DNA from: Vicugna vicugna | Taxonomy: Eukaryota | Reading direction: 5' to 3' | DNA length: 64,000 nucleotides | Assembly: GCA_013265495.1 (NCBI GenBank) | Contig: MU058781.1 | Location: forward strand, 7,731,009 to 7,795,008 | Shown: positions 27,089 through 37,760 of the stretch, piece after piece | Layout of the letters: every line of letters starts with the position of its first letter | Position numbering within the stretch: the first letter of the stretch is position 1 | Notes under the pieces: generated by a model | Told to the model about the DNA's origin: nothing | Seen by the model: only the letters and a program-made list of their open reading frames with translations | Database searches by the model: none | Made by a program: the position numbers and the translations under genes

Positions 27089-27260
27089 GGAAACTGCCAT
27101 TGTCTTATGGCTTGAACTTGGAAACTGACAGAGCATCAGTTCCATTACACTCTATTGGTCAAGCAGTCACAGAGCCCACCCAAATGCAAAGGAGAAATCA
27201 TACACTCCACCTCTTAATGAGAGAAGAATCTGAAAATTGTGCCACAATCTGCTGCCATAA
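27089..27260 (-). mobile_element. MaLR LTR (MLT1H/I-like), right piece continuing 25432-25720
   Basis: ggaaactgcc...ctctattggtcaagcagtcacagagcccacccaaatgcaaagg...actccacctcttaatgagag. Confidence 0.75.
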
Positions 27261-28244
27261 AAAGCAGCATTAGATAAGGTTGTTTATTAAAATATTTTAC
27301 TTCTAGTTTCCTTTCTTCTATCTCGAGATTCTAAAAAACTCTGAAAAGCAAGAAGACAGCATCTGATAAAGAAAAATCTGGAACAGAACACAATAACTAC
27401 CTAAGTTCACACACCTCGGGGGAAATGGAAACCCAGTTCTAATGGGAGTTGAGCGTGATTCTCTATTATTTGTACTTGGTATATGCCCAGATAGATCACC
27501 TTGGCTGTCCCATTGTAGTACATTTCCTTCTTCGTGAGAAATAGGTGGCCCATGACCGACCTCAGAAAGATGATTCAGATCATATACAGAAACAGTTTTC
27601 TCAGAATTAAGAATCCAAAAAGATTTGACTAGAGCTGAAAGAGAAGGTCTCACTCTGATTCTTGAGGAAACATTAATCCACATTTATTTTCGTGACTCCA
27701 GGATCAGAGCCAGTGCCACCAACAACTGTCTCCAACAACTTTACACTTTCTTCTCTCTCACAGGTTAGCTCTGATGATGTAATCTTTGAGTAATCTTTGC
27801 CGATTTGTGTTAAAGTATCCACAAAAATTAGGCGAATATCAATACGCAAATTTCATAGGTATAAGCAGCTTATAACAGCCAAGGCATTGCACAAAACTTG
27901 TCCCCATGCAAAAGGATGAACAAAGCTTTCCTTTACTTCAAATCAAATCTCTGTATTACTCCATTTCTGCAGCACATGAATAAGCCTACCTTGGATACAT
28001 AAGAAACATATTCTGGAAATATATGAAAACCAACTCCCTCTCTTTCTGATCCAAAAGAAAAACCAAAGTGGAAATCTGGAATCTGAGGCAGGTTGGTAGA
28101 ATACTATATAGAGGAATAATTAGGATATTAAAATAGTTGTAGGTTTTGCCCTTTTGTTTGGCAAGAATATACAACTGTATTTTTCAATCTAGACGGGAAT
28201 GAGTGTAAACTAGTGGTCACAAGACAAAAAGAAGTAAACCAAAG

Positions 28245-28420
28245 GCTCAGAAAAAGACCTAGCTGGGTTTCAGAGCAGCTTCTAAATTTTTCCTGAGTAG
28301 TAACCTGAACAAGATGCTCCACATTTCTGAGCTTACATCCTCGTTTTTTAAATTATAATAATCATATCTGTGCTACCTACCTCACAGAGCTATATTATAA
28401 GAATCCAGCAAAATATGCCT
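28245..28420 (+). mobile_element. MIR SINE
   Basis: gctgggtttc...taacctgaacaagatgctccacatttctgagctt...tacctacctcacagagc. Confidence 0.65.
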
Positions 28421-28422
28421 GT

Positions 28423-28945
28423 ATGTCGCTAAGATGCTTCGACAGCTTTGAGAAAACCAAACTAAAACTGGCTAAAAGTGTCAGATAATTTCTTGTCACA
28501 TGACTTCGAGAGGTAAGGCTAATTTCCAGGTTGACTGCTTCAGTAACTCCATGACATCATCACGAATGTTTTCTTTTCAATGATCTTTTATGTTGTCAAC
28601 AAGTTTGGCTTAATCCATGGGTTTATTCTTCTACTCATTGCTATAAGAAAAATCCTTACTTCCTTTGTTATATCCAGAGAGAAAACAGAAGTCTTTCATC
28701 CTAAGCCTATACCTATTCCTGGGCCAGTAACAATAATCAGCAGATGGTGCTATGATTGACTTACACCTGAAAGGATCAGGCTCTGATCATCAGGACCCAT
28801 TCCTGGAGCGGGGAAAGGAGGAGATTCTCATGAGATGCAGAGGCTATGTGTGGGACTTGAAGGCACATGAGCAGAATTGGGGTTCTGTGAAGAGGAAATA
28901 TGGGGAGGGATTGGAGGCTGAGAAGGCAATCAGCAGTACCCAATA
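28423..28945 (-). mobile_element. Old MaLR LTR (MLT1J/K-like)
   Basis: gaaaaccaaactaaaactggctaaa...cctattcctgggccagtaaca...tatgattgactta...ggacccattcctggagc...aattggggttctgt...aggcaatcagcagt. Confidence 0.65.
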
Positions 28946-29310
28946 TAAACTGAGAAATCATTTTTTTAAAGCACACGTTTATAAATATAGAAGAAAATGT
29001 TTTAAAATTGTATTTTCTTCAAAGGCATTGGTTCTTCTTCCCCTACTAGTTCTATATTGAAGTTCTCCTAATTACCTTGATGGGGAAAATGTAATTTACG
29101 TGTTGACTGTAACTTAATCTACCCTGTCTAAGGTAGATTTCTGAAGATGGATTTTATAAATTAAGACAGTTTTATAAATTATGAAAACTATGATATAAGC
29201 AAAAATGGCCCAGTGAACAGGTATAAAACAATGCCGAGAAAAGAACTTTTAATAGAAAGATTTCCGTATTTTAGGTTAAGGAGAGCAGGTTTAAAAACAA
29301 CATATACGCA

Positions 29311-29792
29311 AAAGAATAGAGCAACCCAAATGTCCACTGATAGTTGATAAAGAATATCAATTTATAACTGATAAACAAGATGTGGTATATACATACAATG
29401 GAATATTATCCAGACTTAAGAAGGAAGGACATTTGATACATGCTACAACATGGATGAAATCTGAGGACATTAATGGTAAGTAAAATAAGCCAGTCTAAAA
29501 AACAAAACAAAACAAATACTGTGTGACTCCACTTATAAGAAGTATCTAAAATAGTCAAATTTATAGAGGCAGAAAAATAGAATGGTGCTTACAAGGGGAT
29601 GGGGGAGGAGAAAATGCAGCTATTGTTTGGTGTATATAGTTGCAGTTTGAGAAAATGAGAAAAGTTCTGGAAATAGAGTGATGATGGTTGCATAACAATA
29701 TGAATGTAGACAATACCACTAAACTGTACAATTAAAAATGGTTAAAATGATCAATTTTGTTATGTATATTTTATCACAATTTTTTTAAAAAG
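29311..29792 (+). mobile_element. L1MB-like 3' end
   Basis: gcaacccaaatgtccactga...tgtggtatatacatacaatggaatatta...catgctacaacatggatgaa...aaaaatggttaaaatg...tatgtatattttatcacaat. Confidence 0.9.
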
Positions 29793-30226
29793 TACAGAAA
29801 TGCTTACAATTTTGCTATTTTACCCTTTAATTTTCTAAATTGTAATAACATATGTACCAAGAAAAACACAAATTTAATACAAATATCTAGGCTAGTGTTA
29901 TTTTGTATCTCTTAAGATCTTCAAAAGATTGTTTGAATTCTTATTTCACATCTGGTGGAATTTGAAAGTTCTCACGAAGATTTCAACTAGTTCTTAGTAA
30001 CAGAGTTTGCTTTTAGTTCTCATGTCCTAATTGTATTGAACTATTTCATGCTAAGAAATTTTTTACATGCTCTCAAGAAAGCTTTGTTCCTCAACACTAT
30101 CTCAACCCCAACTCTGCTCAATTTCACAAAATAAACCATTAAAACACATGATAGATATGCATACGTAGAGAGTTAACTAAAGATCTGGAGAGATGGAAAG
30201 TGGGGCTGGTTTATATTCACAAAACA

Positions 30227-32165
30227 ACAAGCCTACAGCCAGCAGAATACTCAATGGTCAGAAGCTGAAAGCCTTCCCACTAAAATCTGGAACAAGACAA
30301 GGGTGTCCACTCTCACCACTCCTATTCAATATAGTATTGGAAGTCCTAGCCACAGCAACTAGACAAGCAAAAGAAATAAAAGGGATCCAAATTGGAAGAG
30401 AAGAGGTAAAACTGTCATTATATGCAGATGACATGATACCTATCAAGCCCCATGATATTATATACAGAAAACCCTAAAGGCTCCACAAAACTTACTAGAG
30501 CTGATAAAAGAATTTGGTAAGGGAATAGGATACGAGATTAACATACAGAAATCAATTGCATTTCTTTATATTTACAATGGAATATGAGAAAAAGAAAGTA
30601 AATAAACAATCCTTTTTAAAATTGCTTCCAAAAAAATAAAATATTTAGAAATAAATCTGACCAAGGAAGTAAAGACTTATATGTGGATAACTACAAAACA
30701 CTGACTGAGGAAATTAAAGATAATTTAAAGAAATGGAAAGATATCCCATGTTCTTGGGTTGGAAGAATTAATATTATTAAAATGGCCATACTACCCAAAG
30801 CAATCTACAGATTTAATGCCATCCCTGTCAAATTACCCAGGACATTTTTCACAGAACTAGAACAAATACTCCTAAAATTTATATGGAATCACAAAAGACC
30901 CAGAATTGCCAAAGCAATAGAGAAGAAAAAGAATGAAGCTGGAGGGATAAGCCTCCCAGACTTCAGACAATACTACAGAGCTACAGTAATAAAAACAGCA
31001 TGGTATTGGTACAAAAACAGACACATGGATCAATGGAACAGAACAGTAAGCCCATAAATAAACCCACAGACTTACAGTCAATTAATCTTTGACAAAGCAG
31101 GGAAGGACATACAATAGAGTAAAGAAAGTCTCTTCAGCAAATGGTGTTCGGAAAACTGAACAGCTGCATGTAAATCAGTGAAGTTAGAATACTCCCTCAT
31201 ATCACACACAAAAATAAACGCAAAATGGCTTAAAGACTTAAACATAAAACAAGACATGATAAACTTCCTAGAAGAAACCATAGGCAAAACAGTATCTGAC
31301 ATAAATCTTAGCAATGTTCTCCTAGGGCAGTCTACCCAGGCAACAGAAATAAAAGCAAAAATAAGCAAATGGGACCTAATTGAACTTATAAGCGTTCACA
31401 CAGCAAAGGTAACTATAAGCAAAACGAAAAGACAACCTATGGAATGGGAGAAAATATTTCAAATCATGTGACTGACAAGGGCTTAATTTCCAGAATATAC
31501 AAACAGCTCATACAATTTAATAACAAAAAAAAAACCCAATCCAAAAATGGGCAGAAGACCCAAACAAGCAATTCTCCAATGAAGACATACAAATGGCCAA
31601 CAGGCACATGAAAAAATGCTCAATACTGCTAATTATCAGGGAAACACAAATCAAAACTACAATGAGATATCACCTCACACCAGTGAGAATGACCATCACT
31701 CAAAAGTCCACAAATGATAAATGCTAGAAAGGCTGTGGAGAAAAGGGAACCCTCCTACATGGTTGGTGGGAATGTATTCTGGTGCAGCCATTATGGAAAA
31801 TAGCATGGAGATTTCTCAAAAGACTAAAAATAGACTTACCATATGATACAGCAATTCCACTCCTGGGCATATATCCAGAGAAAACTCTAACTTAAAAAGA
31901 TACATGCACCCAATGTTTATAGCAGCACTATTTACAACAGCCAAGAAAGGGAAACAACCTAAATATTCATGGACAGATGACTGGATAAAGAACTTGTAGT
32001 ACATTTGTACAATGGAATACTACTCAGCCATAAAAAGTAATAAAATAATGTCATTTGCAGCAACATGTGTGGACCTAGAGATTGCCATTCTAAGTGAAGT
32101 AAGCCAGAAAGAGAAAGAAAAATACCGTATGCTATCACTTACATGTGGAATATACTTGTGGAATC
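30227..32165 (+). pseudogene. Disrupted L1 ORF2 (RT and C-terminal part)
   Basis: Peptides [88 protein letters not shown]; several frameshifts and stops. Confidence 0.95.
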
Positions 32166-32299
32166 AAAAAAAAAAAGCCAAACAAACTTATTTACAAAAC
32201 AGAAACAGGCTCACAGACACAGAAAACAAACTTTTGGTTACCAGGAAGGGAAGGAGGGTGGGAAGAGATAAATTGGGAGTTCCAGATTTGCAGATACTA

Positions 32300-32409
<110 letters not shown>

Positions 32410-33799
32410 AAGTTCATACTATACAGCACAGGGAACTATATTCAATATCTTGTAGTAACTTATGGTGAAAAAGAATATGAAAACTATATATGTGTGTTCA
32501 TATATGACTGAATCATTGTGCTGTACACCAGAAATTGACACAACATTGTAAACTGACTATACTTCAATAAAAATATATATATACACAAACCAAACAACTT
32601 CAAGTTGAATATTAGGTACCCAGCTCTTAAAAATCACTTCAGTCTTTCCATCCTGGTGCTTCACACCTATAACACCCCAACCTCACACCACATCCAGCTC
32701 ATACTAGGTCCTGTCTTGTTTTCTCTCTTCATGTCTCTCCCACACACTCTCTCCTGCCTTGTATCTTCGTTCCCTCAAAGTTTCAAACTATTCTTTATTC
32801 TGTAAGCAATTTAGACCTCTTGAGCCTCTTTCCCTAAATCCAGCTCTAAAACTTCCAAGGGGCCAGCAGAACTAAAGGACCCTTCATATACATCTCCCCC
32901 TTTTGAGAAAGCAGCTGTGATCACAACTGGCATTTTCCACTTCCTTCCAAATAAAAGGACAAAGAGCCCAAATATCCTTTCTATACCATCCCATCTTTCT
33001 TCTCACCTAATCTGTATTAAGTTTAATTCACCTCCTTGAAAACAGTGGGCCGTTCTTCTCTGAACCTTCCTACAGAGAGGAACGTTCACCTGAGACTATT
33101 CAGCCCAAGGTCTGGTTGTAGAATTTCGGAACCCCCCAGTTCTGAGGGCAATTTGCGGAGTCCATTGACTAGGTCCTGCTCGTAGGTGCTGGGACTGATC
33201 GTTAGCATCAACCCTGCAATGGATTCTACTGGGAATTGCAAGACAGTCTCCTTCCTCTTGCATTCCAGAAAGGAATTCTATGGTGCTCTCTCGAGCCTTG
33301 AAAATGGAGAGGAAGTAAGAGATGCAGTATCTCACATTTAGCTAAACAAATTACTGTGTAAAGCAAGATTCAAGTAAAGCATTTTGGTCATGATGTAAAT
33401 ACAGTGCTAAAGATGAGGGTCAAGGTAAGATACAAAAACCTACCCAGGCTGCTGGTGTGGAAGGAGCGGAACCTCACACTCATTCTCAGGCTGCTGTGTC
33501 TGGTGGGCACCACAGCTACCACAGGAGAACCAGGAACTTTTCAACAGCCTCCAAGACAGTTTGCACTCTGAAAAAGACAAAATGCAAAAAAACTATGTGG
33601 TATACGATTTGTAATTATAAGACCACAACTCATAGTTTGTTAAGTTCTAAAGCCAGAAAATTACTTCAATTTACCAACTGCAACTCAACAGACCTGGTAA
33701 TAGATAAATTATGTTTGAGGGGAGCGGTTTATTTTAACCTCTTTGAAATAATGTGAGCTGGGATCTTCAAAAGTGAGCATGTCCAGGACACACAAAGGT

Positions 33800-34030
33800 C
33801 CCTGGAGAGTCCCTGTGGAGATGGGCATGGATCCACACCCTGGCTCCGTCGCCTGCTGGCTGGGGACCTGAGAAACGATCTTTCATGTCCTGAGCTTTGG
33901 TTTAGTATTCTACAACATGGGGATAATGATATCAAACTTAAAAGTATTTTACGAGTAACAGGTAATTTATTACATTGAAATAGCCTAGCATAATCCTGAC
34001 ACACACTGATTTTTCAATAACTTATCTTTG
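33800..34030 (+). mobile_element. MIR SINE
   Basis: ccctggctccgtcgcctgctggctggggacctgaga...tgagctttggttt...acatggggataatgata...cctagcataatcctgacacac...tcaataa. Confidence 0.7.
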
Positions 34031-34644
34031 TTTCCTTTCATAGAGAGGAGGCGCTGCTATTGATTTATTTCTGAACACATATTTGGGGGTAAGGATGTTT
34101 GGAACCAGTCACCGAATAATACTTTAGCACACAATTGATCTGTTCACGCTCATGCCTGTTTCTGTGCATAACTGATTGCTGCCATCCTCCCAAACGTCAG
34201 GCCCCGAGGAGACTGTTAGGAAAATAATGATGGATCTGGCGATGCCTTGACTTCCCAAGGTGGTGCTGCTGTGACACTAAAGCAGGAGTCTGCCTGGCTG
34301 GACGGTGTTTACTCAAGAGACACTGTGTGGGTCTATTTAGAGAATATCTCAGTCAGCTCCTCCCAGCCCCATATTCTTTTCTTTCTTTTACTGAACCTCT
34401 GGGAGAAAATAAGATTTTTGTTTTTGAAAAAGTCACCCCATCTTAGCTAGTGACACGCCTGATCATACGATTTCATTTTAAAATGATGGAGCCTGAGTAG
34501 TTTCCAGGGGTCGTTTCTGTTTTACATTTGGTAGCTACAGTCCTGAAACAAAATCCCGTGTCTGGAGAGAGATGAAAATTTGAGTGATGAAGAGCTGAGT
34601 GTAATTTTCACAGTTCAGCCTGCATTTCTCCGTCTTCCCCCAAG

Positions 34645-35547
34645 TTCCATCACTGGAGACTAGCACAGCCAAGAGTTACACAACTTCATAATCTGTTTCT
34701 TAAAATGACTGGTGATGTGCATGATTATGGAGATCACAGTGCGGCGAACGAGTATGCGTGTACATCGGAGGCAGGAGGATAAATAACTAAAAATAACTTG
34801 ACTCCAAGTTGAAGACTTTTATCTGAAGTAACAACTCGAGGCAAATCGCGTAAGCTTGTCGGCGCCGTGGTCCTAGGTGTCCATGAGTAGAAAGCCGCCC
34901 CCTAGCCCTGCACACGCACCGCTACGCCGGCCTGTGCACAGACAGCATGAGGAAGAGAGCACCTGCTTGGTGAAGTCGCCGAGATGTCAGAGCTTGTCAC
35001 CCTGGTATAACTTGGTCTATTCCTCGCTGGTACCGGAACCCTGAGGTGCTTGTGGCTTTTTGTTTTTGTGCCTTTTCTGCGACAAGAAGAAAACTAGAGT
35101 CGGCAGTTGGCCTGCTTCACAGGCTGCCGTGCAGAATTGGTCCTGGCATAATTATTGTGTACATTCCTCATGCACAGATTGGAAAATGCACTGCAGGACT
35201 ATATACAGCAATAGGAGAGCTTCTGTAGATGGAATCGTTCAGAAAAACATCAGGTATTTTTAATGTGAGAAGTAAAGAAGGCCTGTTCCTGTCTCGGTAT
35301 TGGGCTGGCGCTTACCAATCAGAATAACACACTCCAGCAAGTTCACCTGACTGACCTCAAGGTGCTATTTTAAATAAAGGTCTTCAATCTGAAGTTTAGT
35401 TACGTATCCTCCCTTCCCCCAGTGCACACCCATACTCGTTCGCTGCTCTGTGACTTCCATAATCACACACACACATCAGCAGTCACCTTAATAAACAGAT
35501 TATGAAAATTCCAAGAATCTTGAATGTGCTATTCTCCAATTATGAAA
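34645..35547. repeat. Long imperfect inverted repeat (arms ~34645-34864 and ~35332-35547), family unassigned
   Basis: Colinear reverse-complement anchors: ttcataatctgttt 34685-34698/35493-35506; tgattatgga 34722-34731/35456-35465; gcgaacgagtatg 34744-34756/35431-35443; ttgaagac 34809-34816/35380-35387; inner gcatgaggaa 34945-34954/35164-35173. Confidence 0.92.
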
Positions 35548-36369
35548 GTGGCGGCCTCTTGTAAAAAAAAAATTAAAAAAGAACAACTCTGTGGAGGGGG
35601 AGAGGAGAGGGCAAGAGTAAAGTGAACTCAGGCAGAATCTACCTTTTTATTTAGCTCCAGAGCTCTGAATGCTCCATAGAATTGTCACGAATAAGTGAAA
35701 ACTGAAAGCAGAAAATGTCTTTAGTGACACTTTAAATGACGCACTGGTTAGTTCTTTCGGTAAAGTTAAACGATAAAAAACCAACAGCTGAAGCAATGCT
35801 TTGTGCCGTCATTAATTGTAAATCATTCATTTAAAAATAAGCTGAAGTTGGAAAAAGTCCATTTTCTTTTTGCTTTTACTCTGCCTCCTTAATAAACACA
35901 AGTGATGAGGCGGGCTGCACGCTGCGTTTGAAATGTCAGGAACTCAACTGTTAAGAGTGATGACAATGTACTTAGTCCCCTTACATTAAGGACAGGACAT
36001 TTACAACACAGCATGTTGGAATCTAAATAATTAATGTTATTGAAATAGCTATGTTGTATGTTCATACCTAATTCATCCTGCACTAAGAGGTTTTTCAAAT
36101 CAACATTATTTTTTCCTTCAAGTTAGAACTTTATGTCACTTACTCCCCAATAGTTCAATCTCTCAATTTCATATTGGGTTTTAAAGATATTTGGTTAAGA
36201 GAATTAAGCACATTAGGATAAACTGATCAGCCAGGTACATAAAGATCAAAAAAGGACAAACTTGCAATTTATAATTCCTTGAATGTAAACATTAAATGTT
36301 CACTACAAACATCAGCCAGGCCCCCAAAGGAAACATTTTCAGTGGATATTTCATGTTTGATTTTTTCCC

Positions 36370-37436
36370 CCCTTAGTTTCCAAGTGCCTTCTATGAGGCA
36401 GGCAGAGTACTAGACATTAAAAGACATCAGTTTTCTCACTCTAGCAAAGACTTCTTACTCTAGTGGAAAGACAGGCAAGAAAACAGGTAACAACAATGCA
36501 TGTTCAGCAAGGAGTCCACTTAGGGGGCTACAGAATCCACGGGAGGAGGACCCAGCCCAGGTTGGGATGGGAAGTAGGTAAACGTGCGTAGGATTTAGCT
36601 ACGAGAAGGATCACTAGGACACTGGAGAGGGAAGAGTATAAATAACAGCATGAAAGAGGAGAGTGCGCCTGGTGCTGGAACCCCTAAGCGGACTGCGCAC
36701 CGGCTGCGGGACTGAAACAGAGCCAGTGCTGCCTTGACGGAATCGATGCGCATCGATGGGAACGTTCGTATTTCCCTCTCACCAGTGCAACAGCCACTAG
36801 CCACACGTGACTAGTAATCCCTTGAAATGCGGCAAGGGCGGCTGAGATTTTTCTACTTCATTCAATTTCAACTCACTGAAAACTACATTTTAAAAAAGCC
36901 ATCTCTGGCTAGTGGCTACCCTACCAGACAGCACAACTACAGATTCCTAGCTGCTGGAACATGAGATAGAACCCAGTCTCACGCGTCGAGGAGCTTTACA
37001 AGCTGGGTGAAGTCGTTTGGATGTTAGCCCAGAGGTAAAGAGGAGTTAGGGAAGAAGAATTTTAAGCAGGGAGTGATGTGATCGGATTCCTTTAGGAAAA
37101 CCACTCTAGCAGCTGTGTTTAGGACAGGTGGAGAGGCTCGAGGCTCAAGACAGAGAGAGCAGATGAGCTGTTGGAGTAAAATGGGTGAAAGATGATGAGG
37201 ACTCCCAGGAAGACAGAGGAGGGCAGATGAGGAGGGGAGGAGACAAATGTGTCTGGATGTGAGAAGCAGCGACTGTGTGAAGAGTGACTTCCTGGTGTCT
37301 GGACCAAACATGTAGATGGAAGACGGTGTCAGTCACGCACAACAGGAGAGAAGATTGTGGAGGGTTGCTCTGTGCCAGCCATGCTGGGGTTTGAGCTGCC
37401 TCTGGGACAGAAAATTGGTAAAATGTGTCATAAGCA
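36370..37436 (-). mobile_element. L2 LINE fragment interrupted by MER3
   Basis: caagtgccttctatgaggcaggc...tctagtggaaagacagg; after MER3: tttaagcagggagtgatgtgatcgga...aaaaccactctagcagctgtg...tttgagctgcctctgggaca. Confidence 0.75.
36724..36936. mobile_element. MER3 hAT-Charlie MITE
   Basis: cagtgctg...cagccactagccacacgtgactag...cttgaaatgcggc...tggctagtggctacc...gacagcac. Confidence 0.88.
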
Positions 37437-37525
37437 GGGGGAGGGTATGCTCAGTGGTAGACGATGCTCGAACACCAAATTACATTCTGAAAGGTGCCTT
37501 CTAGTGAAGGGGGTCCTGTGTCAAA
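37437..37525 (+). mobile_element. tRNA-derived SINE head (camelid Vic-1-like), interrupted/partial
   Basis: gggggagggtatgctcagtggtagacgatgct matches recalled GGGGAGGGTATAGCTCAGTGGTAGAG..CATGCT (A box); gggtcctgtgtcaaa at 37511-37525 resembles the GAGGTCCTGGGTTCAA B-box part. Confidence 0.65.
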
Positions 37526-37530
37526 CAGGC

Positions 37531-37760
37531 TTAATTTGGGGGATTTGCAGATACTGACTACTATACATAAAATAGATAAACAGCAAGGTCCTACTGTACA
37601 GCACAGTGAACTATATTCAATATGTTGTAATGGCCTACAATGGAAAAGAATGTGACAAGGAATATATAAAGAACTGAATCATTATGCTATACATCAGAAA
37701 CTAACATAACATTGCAAACTGACTATACTTCAATAAAAATATATATAAAGCACACAAAAA
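37531..37760 (+). mobile_element. Cetartiodactyl L1 3' end
   Basis: ggatttgcagatactgactactatacataaaatagataaacagcaaggtcctactgtacagcacag...gactatacttcaataaaaa; homologous to 32280-32580. Confidence 0.92.

Noticed and set aside
34044..34088. 45-nt plus-strand micro-exon candidate (RGGAAIDLFLNTYLG)
   Set aside because: Good splice signals, but the acceptor lies at a MIR tail, the peptide is unrecognised and there are no partner exons
34890..34910. gccgccccctagccc as a CTCF site
   Set aside because: Matches only the 3' half (TAGGGGGCG); the CCA 5' core is absent
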